In this document: positions 10,001-18,417 of the stretch, piece by piece | Layout: the number at the start of each line of letters is the position of its first letter | How positions within the stretch are numbered: position 1 is the stretch's first letter | Translations under genes and position numbers: made by a program | IMG/VR virus record: IMGVR_UViG_3300046543_000266 | Location: 124,001 to 188,000 of that record | DNA length: 64,000 bases | Reading direction: 5' to 3' (one strand) | Notes under the pieces: generated by a model | The model's input: the letters and a program-made list of their open reading frames with translations, nothing else | What the model was told of the DNA's origin: nothing | Databases searched by the model: none

Positions 10001-12736
10001 ATGGCTATTGGATTTAACACCGCGAACAAGACGTCGGGCATGACCATATCGCCAGACGGGCGGACTGCCACGAACTCTGCGGCAAATGGTGTAGCAAGCG
10101 GAGTTCAGGGGCTTCTGGCGTTGACGACTCGGTGCTACATCGAGTTCACTGTAATCGCCAACGCAAACACCAACTCCGCAACCTCCGGCGTAGGTATCGG
10201 TCCGGTTGGTATCGACCTGACACAGATGGCTGGTAGTGTGGCAACCCATTCGGCGGCCGCACTGTTCACTACGCTGACCGGCATCTACTTCAACGGCAGT
10301 ACTCTGCGTAACATCGGCGGAGCTACTCCCGCTGGAACCACTATCGGGATGGCGTGGGATCCGGCCACGCGGAAGGTGTGGTTCCGCAGCACGTTCAACA
10401 CGAATGGGACAACCACTTACTGGAATGCATCCGACGTATCCGGTATCACTGAGAATCCGGCAACTGGACAGGGTGGTTACGTAATCGCTGGTGCCGAAAC
10501 CATGTATGCAGTGTTCCAGTCCACAGTCAACGGGATGTCGCTGCTGATGAACAGTGGTGAGTCGCCGTACGTGATGATACCGCCCGACATGTCACCAGCC
10601 GGTTCGAAGGTCTGGTATGTGGATCCGGAAGGTGGACAAGATACCGGCACTGGTCTGTCGTTTATTCAACGCAAGCGTGTGATTGGTGGTCCTACTGGTA
10701 TCCCGTCTTCGCTGGCGGGTGGCGATGTTATCCGTGTGATGGCGAGCCGACCGAAGAGCTTGGTGGGCAACGCAACGTGGACGGACAACAGCGGTACTGT
10801 CACGCTGGATGCGTCACTGTCGGGGCTCACGCAGGTGGTAGACAACTGTGAAGTCGCGTGGCTTCGCACTGGAGGCGCAGCCAGCATTTCCACGGCGTCG
10901 ACTGTGATCGTCAACAGCCGCGAAGGGAACAACGCGATCTCGATCGACATTCCGGCGAGCGGCACAGGCAAGCTCGCGTATAAGACGTTGGGCGCGGCGT
11001 TGGACTTGAGTGCGTTCACAGGCGTTTCGATGAGCGCATGGTACACGGGCAGCACGGCGACTCCTGCACCCGGAGTCTTGGTCCTGGATCTGTGCTCGGA
11101 CGCCACTGGTGACGTACCGCTGAAGACTATTCCGTTGAACTACGGGAACAGCGCGTCTCTGACGCTGCCTACCACGAACGGTTCCACCATCCTGATTGGT
11201 GATACGCAAGTAGCCCTCCCGTCAGGTGTCAACTCAGTGGCTCTGCGATTGACTGCCGCCTATGGGACGACGCAAACCATAATAGTGGACAACATCATTG
11301 CGACGAAGAGTTGGAGCGATCCCAACCACATTTCGCACATGAGCCTGATATCGAAGGACAATGCTGCAGAACCTGAGTATTATCCTATCATGTCGATCAG
11401 CGGTACGACGGTGGTGATCGGTGGTATTGCCGAGCGAGTGCGTGGGGCCAGCGTTCCCCAACCGCGCCCCTATCGTGGAACTACCGAAACAGTGCCTACG
11501 TACTTCCGCACACCGACGCGATACAACTGGACTACCGCACAGAGCGCCATTGTCACCGGCGGGACTGTCGGTAATCGAGTGGTGGTGAGCGGAGGCTGGA
11601 GTCGTACCGATATGAGCACTCAGACTGACATCACGGTGTTCAGCGCTGTGGGTGCATACAGTCAGGTGTTCAGCGTAGGACCCGGTATCAGCTCAGTAGA
11701 GGTGTCGAGCTTTGCGTACGCACACTTCAACAACGGCAATCTGTTCCAGACCAGTTTCTTGGCGAGCGGGGACTTCAAGCATCACGTGTCGTTTGTGGCC
11801 GGATGTTGGAATACGCCGTTCATTCGCACCGACACGTCACCGGCCAATGGTCAGCTGTACGATCTGCGCATTTCGCGCGGGTGGACCTTCAACTCCGGCG
11901 CGCTGGTCCTGGACAATGCGAATATCTGGAAGGTCAACGGGATGCAAACTCCGTTGAAAGCGTACTTCCGACGGCTGCACGGGCGCTCAGAAGGCTCAGC
12001 GATAACGCTTCCCAACGGAAGCCGTGAGTTGATCAATATGCGTATCGACATGATCGACAACAACTCGGCTTTTGCGCTGACTGACAGCACGACGTATTAC
12101 CTTCAGAACTGCTACCTGCGGAATTGCGTGATGCAGAACAACGCACAGGGCGACTTCGCACCGGGTCTGGTGCAGCTCAACCTGTTCTTGGAACGATGCA
12201 CGTTTCAGGGTCCAGTCATTAGCGGTAATCCCAACACTGGTCTAGGTTCACCGTTCAATAACGGCGGATGGGCCGGTAAGATTCTGGTCAACGCGTTCGG
12301 CGGCGTGACGTGGGACAACCGCGAATACTCCATGTGGTATCGGTGGGTATCGGACAACGCGAATAGGCATATCCCAGCAGGTCCGCCATCGCAAGGTGCC
12401 AGCTGGAAAGTGTCGCTGTACAACTCCACGCTGTTCACGGCCGATTTCCCGGCTCGCAAGTCGCTGGTCAAAGTCGCGTGTAAAGCCAACGAAGCGCGCA
12501 CCGTCAGCGTGTGGTTGATGCGTGACGATCCTGGATTAACTCTGGGTCTGATGACGCTGTCCAGCTACGTCGCGGGTGTGACGCGACAGCAAGTGCCGAT
12601 GACCGCAGGTGCTTCGACGTGGCAGCAAGTATCGATCTCGTTCACGCCGACGGAAGACGGTCTGGTAGACATCTGGGGTTACGCCTTCGGCGGCACTACG
12701 TTCAACGGCTGGTTCAGTGATGTATCAGTCACCTAG
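10001..12736 (+). CDS. Putative receptor-binding/adhesin protein, paralog 3 of 3, with extra N-terminal SPRY/concanavalin-like domain
   Basis: Start moved to ATG 10001. About 200 extra N-terminal residues (YIEFTV, TIGMAWDPATRKVWFR) precede WYVDPEGG; ends GGTTFNGWFSDVSVT. Confidence 0.7.
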   Translation: MAIGFNTANKTSGMTISPDGRTATNSAANGVASGVQGLLALTTRCYIEFTVIANANTNSATSGVGIGPVGIDLTQMAGSVATHSAAALFTTLTGIYFNGSTLRNIGGATPAGTTIGMAWDPATRKVWFRSTFNTNGTTTYWNASDVSGITENPATGQGGYVIAGAETMYAVFQSTVNGMSLLMNSGESPYVMIPPDMSPAGSKVWYVDPEGGQDTGTGLSFIQRKRVIGGPTGIPSSLAGGDVIRVMASRPKSLVGNATWTDNSGTVTLDASLSGLTQVVDNCEVAWLRTGGAASISTASTVIVNSREGNNAISIDIPASGTGKLAYKTLGAALDLSAFTGVSMSAWYTGSTATPAPGVLVLDLCSDATGDVPLKTIPLNYGNSASLTLPTTNGSTILIGDTQVALPSGVNSVALRLTAAYGTTQTIIVDNIIATKSWSDPNHISHMSLISKDNAAEPEYYPIMSISGTTVVIGGIAERVRGASVPQPRPYRGTTETVPTYFRTPTRYNWTTAQSAIVTGGTVGNRVVVSGGWSRTDMSTQTDITVFSAVGAYSQVFSVGPGISSVEVSSFAYAHFNNGNLFQTSFLASGDFKHHVSFVAGCWNTPFIRTDTSPANGQLYDLRISRGWTFNSGALVLDNANIWKVNGMQTPLKAYFRRLHGRSEGSAITLPNGSRELINMRIDMIDNNSAFALTDSTTYYLQNCYLRNCVMQNNAQGDFAPGLVQLNLFLERCTFQGPVISGNPNTGLGSPFNNGGWAGKILVNAFGGVTWDNREYSMWYRWVSDNANRHIPAGPPSQGASWKVSLYNSTLFTADFPARKSLVKVACKANEARTVSVWLMRDDPGLTLGLMTLSSYVAGVTRQQVPMTAGASTWQQVSISFTPTEDGLVDIWGYAFGGTTFNGWFSDVSVT

Positions 12737-12744
12737 GAGATAGC

Positions 12745-12945
12745 ATGTCCCAGCCAGTAGCAGACGGGGTGGCCCAATTCGCGTTCGCGTGTCTTGGGGA
12801 CCCCTATGTGGTGATTCCAGCCAGTGCCGCGACCCCGAAGTACAACAGCTTCCCGTTCGCTGTAGAGGGTGAAGTGTACAACGACGGGTCCGTGGGATTG
12901 TCTGCCAACAGTCAGCAGCAGCCGATCGTCATGATCTGTATGTAA
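12745..12945 (+). CDS. Small fibre-associated protein
   Basis: SD aggag. Similar size and position to 7623..7829. Confidence 0.55.
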   Translation: MSQPVADGVAQFAFACLGDPYVVIPASAATPKYNSFPFAVEGEVYNDGSVGLSANSQQQPIVMICM

Positions 12946-12966
12946 CGCATTCAAAAAGAGAACCAT

Positions 12967-14529
12967 ATGAATTTTCAAATCACACAAGCGGCACTCGATG
13001 CGTTGGCGGTCACTCCGGGATTGAGGCCCACCCTGTATCGCCTCGGTAGCGGCACTGGCTACACACCGGTTCCCGGCGATATCGCTATCCACGGTGGTCT
13101 GATCTATCAGGGATCGCTGACCACACAAGACGTCGTCAGTGGTAACATCATCCGCCAATCGGTGGTGCTGCCGTATGACTTGGGTCCCTTCGATTTCGGT
13201 GAAGTCGGCCTGTACACCGAGAGCGGTATGCTGTTTGCATTGGGCGTGTGTGACGTGCTCATGCACAAGACGGTGAACAGCGACACCACGAAAGCCAATT
13301 CCATTCGCTTCGACGCGTATCTGTCGAGCGTCGGCTCCATGTACAATATGTGGCTGGACGTTGCGGAAACTAGCAACGCCTTCCAGATGGCAGTGCTGGA
13401 TTCGGTTGATCAGTTGCCGATGGCGGCTAACAGTGTTCCGGCTGCGTACATCATTCGCGGCCGCAATCTGGCAGACAGCTTCCGTGCCTACACCGATGGT
13501 TACGGTCTGTGGAACTTCGACGAGTACGTGGTAACGCCGACTCCGAGCACGGTAGTGTCGGCAGACATGAACAGCATAACGCTGCCGATCTCGGATTACT
13601 ACGGATACACGAGTGTCACGTCGGATGGTGACCTGATCGTAGAGTTTATCACGGGCGCTTGCTACTCGACGCCGCGTATCGTCCACCAAGCTGTCATCAG
13701 CGGGGCGAACATCACGCTGATCTATAAGACCCCGCTGCAAGTATCACCGCAGCCGGGCGACCAGTTCCTGATCTTCAAGCGACGCACGGGCACGCAGTAC
13801 GTGTTGCCCATCGCGAGCTCGACGATTCTGGGTGGTGTGAAGATTGGTTCTGGTATCACCATCTCGGCAGACGGCACGATCAGCGCAGCAGGTGGTGGCG
13901 GAGGCGGCTCGGATTACACTCTTCCGGCGGCAACGACGTCTGTTCTGGGTGGCGTGATCGTCGGCGCTGGATTGGCTGTGCAGCTCAATGGTCTGATCAA
14001 CGTGAAGGCCGCAACGTCGGCGCAGATCGGTGGTGTGAAAGCCGGAACCTCGATGACCATCGCAGGTGACGGAACGATCGACTACAATCTTCCGAAAGCG
14101 ACTGCCGTGGTATTGGGTGGTATCAAGGTAGGTACGGGCTTGACAGTCGCCGCAGACGGTACGCTGTCAGCAGTGGCTACGACCAATCCGTACGACATGC
14201 CGATTGGATACATCGGGGCAATGCCCGCCAACAATGCGCTGATGGCGCGTGTGATGTTCGCACGTCAAGTTCAGTTCCCGAATAACTTCACAGGTTCGGT
14301 GGCGAGTGCAGCGACGGCGGCGACGGGTACGGTTGTCCTGTCCGTGCGTAAGAACGGTACGGAAGTCGCACAGGTGACGTTCTCAGCTGGACAAGCGACT
14401 GGTGCAGTAACCGGTGCCAGCGTCACGTTCAACGCTGGTGACGTGCTTACTCTGTACACGACCCAAACGATTGCCGATGCCACGTTGGCGAACATGAGCG
14501 TCACGCTGACGGGTACGCGCCTGTCCTAA
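12967..14529 (+). CDS. Baseplate-anchored tail fibre (tail-collar-like N-terminus, LGGVKIG repeats)
   Basis: N-terminus is paralogous to 18418..19896 (GPFDFGEV.L....G.LFA). C-terminal domain resembles that of 4292..5593. Confidence 0.8.
   Translation: MNFQITQAALDALAVTPGLRPTLYRLGSGTGYTPVPGDIAIHGGLIYQGSLTTQDVVSGNIIRQSVVLPYDLGPFDFGEVGLYTESGMLFALGVCDVLMHKTVNSDTTKANSIRFDAYLSSVGSMYNMWLDVAETSNAFQMAVLDSVDQLPMAANSVPAAYIIRGRNLADSFRAYTDGYGLWNFDEYVVTPTPSTVVSADMNSITLPISDYYGYTSVTSDGDLIVEFITGACYSTPRIVHQAVISGANITLIYKTPLQVSPQPGDQFLIFKRRTGTQYVLPIASSTILGGVKIGSGITISADGTISAAGGGGGGSDYTLPAATTSVLGGVIVGAGLAVQLNGLINVKAATSAQIGGVKAGTSMTIAGDGTIDYNLPKATAVVLGGIKVGTGLTVAADGTLSAVATTNPYDMPIGYIGAMPANNALMARVMFARQVQFPNNFTGSVASAATAATGTVVLSVRKNGTEVAQVTFSAGQATGAVTGASVTFNAGDVLTLYTTQTIADATLANMSVTLTGTRLS
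13914..13962 (+). repeat. 49-bp exact repeat, copy 2
   Basis: Identical to 4714..4762. Confidence 0.95.
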
Positions 14530-14542
14530 GGAGTGCCGGGCC

Positions 14543-14731
14543 ATGGAATTTTATAAGGTAGCGGCACGTAACGGCGGCATTCGCACCGACCTCATTCTGT
14601 ACAAGGACGACAACGGTGTGAAGTGGAATGTGCCGAGCGTACATCGGATCTGGCGTGAAATCTATCTGCCTTGGCTGGCAGCAGGTAACACGCCGAAGGA
14701 GCCAGACACGTCAGATAACGCCAGAGGTTAG
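14543..14731 (+). CDS. Small tail-fibre-associated protein
   Basis: YLPWLAAGNTP motif is typical of short ORFs that follow phage fibre genes; SD aaggag. Confidence 0.65.
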   Translation: MEFYKVAARNGGIRTDLILYKDDNGVKWNVPSVHRIWREIYLPWLAAGNTPKEPDTSDNARG

Positions 14732-14733
14732 TA

Positions 14734-15306
14734 ATGATAGAGCAACTGAACTTCCCGTACACTGCGGTGAAGGCGGACGGGCAGATGATCATCGCACAGT
14801 CCCCGTCGGTCGATGCACTACCGTCCAGCGCGACGGTAGTGGATCAGGTTGGTCACAACAACGTGGTGCTGACAGCAGACCTCAACGATAGTTATCGATT
14901 GGGGATGTACCAATACACGACGATCCGCAATCGGTGGCAGATGGTGCTCCCGTACGAGGTCATCTGTTCGGAGCTGTTCGGCATCTCCACGATGTACGTG
15001 TGTCTTCCCAACGATGGGGACAATCTGCTGCCGATAGGCGATACGGGGCAAGCACTGCTGACCGTAACGCGGAACGGCGTGTCGATCTCCAACTACGATC
15101 GCACGAACACCGGATTGGCGTTGCAGTTACCGGCAGTCCGTGGTGATGTGTACGGTATCCTGTGTGCGTCTCCGATCACCGCAGCAACCGTAATACCGGC
15201 TGGAATAGCAGACGCACCGTTTGATAGCAGTCCCTACGTCCGCACTAACGGGATGTGGGACACGCTTCAAGATCACCTCAACGAAGGCGAATTCACAGGT
15301 TCCTAA
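14734..15306 (+). CDS. Hypothetical virion protein
   Basis: Sits in the operon; ends LNEGEF, similar to the LDEGTY end of the next gene. Confidence 0.6.
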   Translation: MIEQLNFPYTAVKADGQMIIAQSPSVDALPSSATVVDQVGHNNVVLTADLNDSYRLGMYQYTTIRNRWQMVLPYEVICSELFGISTMYVCLPNDGDNLLPIGDTGQALLTVTRNGVSISNYDRTNTGLALQLPAVRGDVYGILCASPITAATVIPAGIADAPFDSSPYVRTNGMWDTLQDHLNEGEFTGS

Positions 15307-16557
15307 ATGGCTACGAAATTAATTCATCTACACAATAGCACGGCCGGGAAGGTTCCGCTGCCTTCGGAGTTGGTTGCAGGACAGATCGCAATCAATACCG
15401 CGGATAAGAAGATCTTCATTCTGGCCGCCGATGGTACGGTAGCATCTATCGCTGGCGGAGGTGGTGCTGGATCAGTAACCAGTGTGAACGGCGTGGCTCC
15501 TGACGGAGGCGGTAACGTCGCACTCACAGCATTCAATCTCGGTGCGTCTACCGTAGGGAACTCGATATTCACAGCGGTGACCGCGGCAGCAGCGCGCACT
15601 GCTCTGGGGGCAACTACGGTAGGATCGTCGGTGTTCACAGCAGCGACTGCAGCAGCAGCGCAATCCGCAATCGGCGCGACTTCAGTTGGTAGCGCAGTGC
15701 TGAGTGCGACGGATGCTCCGACTGCAGTCAGTGCCTTGGGTGCGTCATCGGTAGGAGCCGCAGTCTTTACGGCGAACAATACTGCGACTGCGCAATCAGC
15801 TCTCGGTGCTACGGCGATTGGTAAGTCGATCTTCACGGCAACGGATGCACCGACTGTCGTGTCGTTGCTGCAAGTAGTTCCGTCCGGCTCAGTAGGCGCA
15901 GCCAACGGCGTAGCTCCGCTGGATGTCAACGGTAAGGTGCCGGTCGCCAATCTGCCGTCGTCTATCCTGGGGTCGGTGAACTACCAAGGCACGTTCACTC
16001 CCGGATCGTCCACGCTCCCCATCGCAGGTGTTGGTAACAAGGGATGGTACTACGTCACGACGTCAGGCGGCACGTACACTCCGCCGGGTGGAACGCTTAT
16101 CACGTTCAGCCAAGGCGACTGGCTGATATCGGATGCTTCCAAGTGGTCAGTGCTCGACTCGCAGGATGCAGTCACTGCGGTGAACGGCAAGACGGGTACA
16201 GTCACATTGGTTGCTGGTGACATCACGAGCGGAACGTTCGGTGCTGCTCAGTTGGGTTCCAATCCGGCTACAGGTATCCGTGTGCTGACTACGGATGCTG
16301 GCGGAAGCCCAACATGGTTGACCGTTGCACCGTCGGGTGTTCTGGGTGCGAATCCGGGTACGACCAAGGTGTTGACGACAGACGTTGCAGGGAACCCGAC
16401 ATGGGTGACGGCGATTCCGTATGCAAATCTTCCGGTAGCAACTGCTTCTTCGCTGGGACTGGCACAAGCTGGATCCGGTTTGTCGGTGGTCTCCGGTGTG
16501 ATGAGTGTGAACACATCAGCTTTGACACTGGACGAAGGAACCTACGTCGGAGCGTAA
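15307..16557 (+). CDS. Fibre protein with Ala/Thr-rich heptad-like repeats
   Basis: NSTAGKVP N-terminus, five xGxxxFTAxxAxxAxxALGA-type repeats, GSVNYQGTF..GDWLISD..W..LDSQDAVTAVNG motif. Confidence 0.8.
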   Translation: MATKLIHLHNSTAGKVPLPSELVAGQIAINTADKKIFILAADGTVASIAGGGGAGSVTSVNGVAPDGGGNVALTAFNLGASTVGNSIFTAVTAAAARTALGATTVGSSVFTAATAAAAQSAIGATSVGSAVLSATDAPTAVSALGASSVGAAVFTANNTATAQSALGATAIGKSIFTATDAPTVVSLLQVVPSGSVGAANGVAPLDVNGKVPVANLPSSILGSVNYQGTFTPGSSTLPIAGVGNKGWYYVTTSGGTYTPPGGTLITFSQGDWLISDASKWSVLDSQDAVTAVNGKTGTVTLVAGDITSGTFGAAQLGSNPATGIRVLTTDAGGSPTWLTVAPSGVLGANPGTTKVLTTDVAGNPTWVTAIPYANLPVATASSLGLAQAGSGLSVVSGVMSVNTSALTLDEGTYVGA

Positions 16558-16584
16558 CCCTTGGCTTCGTCGTGTAATTTTATG

Positions 16585-16603
16585 CTGTAACACTTTGTTA
16601 CAG
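16585..16603. promoter_or_regulatory. Operator-like inverted repeat
   Basis: CTGTAACA-ctt-TGTTACAG in an AT-rich intergenic gap. Confidence 0.35.
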
Positions 16604-16629
16604 AACGATCTTGCGCGACGGGGCCAACG

Positions 16630-16845
16630 ATGTGCACAACAGATAAAGCAATTGAATCACAAGAAGTACTCACTGAGTATGCAATCGCGGCGATCCGCAG
16701 GAACGCTAAGCGAACGCTACTTTATTCTGGACACTGTTACTACTGTGACGAGACGGTACGTTCGCCGCATCTTTTCTGCGATCTCGATTGCCGCGATGAC
16801 TGGGAACGAGAGAAACGGTTGAAGGAGATCGCTGGTAAGAAATAA
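16630..16845 (+). CDS. Small zinc-finger protein (CxxC-x9-CxxxC)
   Basis: GHCYYCDETVRSPHLFCDLDCRDDWE, a common phage DksA/TraR- or DUF2116-like pattern. Confidence 0.7.
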   Translation: MCTTDKAIESQEVLTEYAIAAIRRNAKRTLLYSGHCYYCDETVRSPHLFCDLDCRDDWEREKRLKEIAGKK

Positions 16846-16848
16846 CCA

Positions 16849-16883
16849 AAGGGTCCGCACGAGTGCTTGCTCTGCGGACCCTT
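16849..16883 (+). terminator. Hairpin after the Zn-finger gene, possible terminator
   Basis: AAGGGTCCGCA...TGCGGACCCTT stem with a weak T-tract. Confidence 0.4.
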
Positions 16884-16922
16884 GACTCATTGAATGGCAC
16901 ATCCCCTCACGCACGGTATCCT

Positions 16923-17261
16923 ATGTATCCATCCAACGCGGTAGTACGTCGGCAGGCGGTCGTAGAAGCCACGCCGGTGACAATCGGTGACGCAGGTGCG
17001 GTCTACAAGCCGGGTCAAGTCATCAACCATTCCATTGTGCTGAACCCTGGACACAGCTTCGACAGTCCGACAGGGTTTTCGGCCGTCTCGATGTCCGTGA
17101 ACAATACGGTATTGTTCGTGTCGACGGTCGACGGTGTCAGCACCGAACAGAAGGTCAACAGTACCCTGTCGATGAACGAAAGTGTGGATTCGTTCAACAT
17201 CCGTAACCTGAGCTATGCCGTGGTCGGGGTCCTACTCACGTTCATCACAAAGGAGGCTTAA
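16923..17261 (+). CDS. Hypothetical beta-rich virion protein
   Basis: Start set at ATG 16923 (uncertain); abuts the next gene. Confidence 0.55.
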   Translation: MYPSNAVVRRQAVVEATPVTIGDAGAVYKPGQVINHSIVLNPGHSFDSPTGFSAVSMSVNNTVLFVSTVDGVSTEQKVNSTLSMNESVDSFNIRNLSYAVVGVLLTFITKEA

Positions 17262-17657
17262 ATGCCCACTCCCGTCGTAGGCGATTGCGCAGATTGCATT
17301 GTCGCACTGCCGCAGACTCCACCCAAAGCTCTGAAGCTCGAGACTTACGTATCCACAGGGAATCGTCTGGTGATTCAGCGTGTCGGCACGTTCACCGGAT
17401 ACTATCCCTCCAATTCGGACCCGATGGTCCACGCAGGGCCAATGGCACCGGCGAGCAGCTATACCGTGCCTTCACCCGTTTCTGGTCTGTTTGTAGCTAC
17501 AAATCAGCCTCTTAGCGTGACTGTGACGAAGGCTTCGGTCTCCATGACGTTCATTGTGAACCGTATGCTAGTTCTCGATGATACGTATGATTCGGTATCA
17601 GTGGTCAATACCGGAACCAATACGGCAGACGCCACTATCAGTTACGTGACTCCGTAA
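17262..17657 (+). CDS. Hypothetical beta-rich virion protein
   Basis: SD aaggagg; last + strand gene before the terminator. Confidence 0.65.
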   Translation: MPTPVVGDCADCIVALPQTPPKALKLETYVSTGNRLVIQRVGTFTGYYPSNSDPMVHAGPMAPASSYTVPSPVSGLFVATNQPLSVTVTKASVSMTFIVNRMLVLDDTYDSVSVVNTGTNTADATISYVTP

Positions 17658-17661
17658 CGTC

Positions 17662-17699
17662 AAAAGCCCCATCCGAGTGTGATATCGGATGGGGCTTTT
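17662..17699. terminator. Bidirectional Rho-independent terminator
   Basis: AAAAGCCCCATCCGA-gtgtgata-TCGGATGGGGCTTTT lies between convergent operons. Confidence 0.9.
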
Positions 17700-17713
17700 C
17701 TCATTCTGCGCGC

Positions 17714-17881
17714 TTACAGGCTGGAGAACGGCTTGTTTAACCAAGCAGAATACTCACCGGGTTTCCACCCACGAGCTTGCTGTTCCTGGTCAACCTTTTC
17801 GCATGTGGCAACCAGCCGCCTGACATCTTCGGCAGTTGGTTTGAAGCGCTTCGCTGCGGCAATAAGTTCAGTAACCGTCAC
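17714..17881 (-). CDS. 55-aa hypothetical protein, absent from the ORF track
   Basis: SD GAGGA then GTG; MTVTELIAAAKRFKPTAEDVRRLVATCEKVDQEQQARGWKPGEYSAWLNKPFSSL fills the gap between acb1 and the terminator. Confidence 0.6.
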   Translation of the reverse strand: MTVTELIAAAKRFKPTAEDVRRLVATCEKVDQEQQARGWKPGEYSAWLNKPFSSL

Positions 17882-17898
17882 GTGCAGTTCCTCAGTGA

Positions 17899-18408
17899 TT
17901 ACTTCAGCGAACAGGCTTTCAGCGACTTATCGAATTCGACCGGAATCGGATTCTCCTTCAAGAAGCTGTTGGCTTCTTCCAGCCATGTACGCACTTCAGC
18001 AGTGAGCTCGACTTTCTTACCCACACTGATGTGCGGAGTGTAGTCGTCGAAGCTGTGCTTGAATTGCTGGCCGATCAGCTCGTAGTGCAAGCTCATCAAC
18101 TGCGGACTGTTGATCAACGCAACGATGATCTTCTCACCGTCTCGCTCTTCCCACACCACGAACTCCGTGAGCTCACCGCTACACGTCCGATCCTTTGGCA
18201 CGTTGACTTCGGTGGGGATATCACCCGCATGGTACAGCACGGTAGTATGGAACTCCGTGCTGTTGCGGGTTTTGAACGGCGCGTTCTTCAGGATGCGGCT
18301 GAGCAACACGACGGTGCTTTCCGTAGGATCGACCCACACGTAGAAACCACCCGTGGGGTCGCTGCCCGCGATTTCGTCGTACAAGATTCTTGCTGTGACT
18401 TTGTTCAC
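17899..18408 (-). CDS. acb1: 2H phosphoesterase, Acb1 (T4 57B)-like anti-CBASS nuclease
   Basis: Two HxT/S motifs (FHTTVLY, YTPHISV). G.YV N-terminus, VW....DG...V..L.S..L...H and HSFDDYTPH closely match T4 Acb1 (HDFDDYTPHITL). Confidence 0.75.
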   Translation of the reverse strand: MNKVTARILYDEIAGSDPTGGFYVWVDPTESTVVLLSRILKNAPFKTRNSTEFHTTVLYHAGDIPTEVNVPKDRTCSGELTEFVVWEERDGEKIIVALINSPQLMSLHYELIGQQFKHSFDDYTPHISVGKKVELTAEVRTWLEEANSFLKENPIPVEFDKSLKACSLK

Positions 18409-18417
18409 GGGCTATCC

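Noticed and set aside
5596-12736. Diversity-generating retroelement (TR/VR) among paralogous adhesin 3' ends
   Set aside because: Differences between the C-termini are spread over all bases and are mostly synonymous, not adenine-specific. No reverse transcriptase is in the window.
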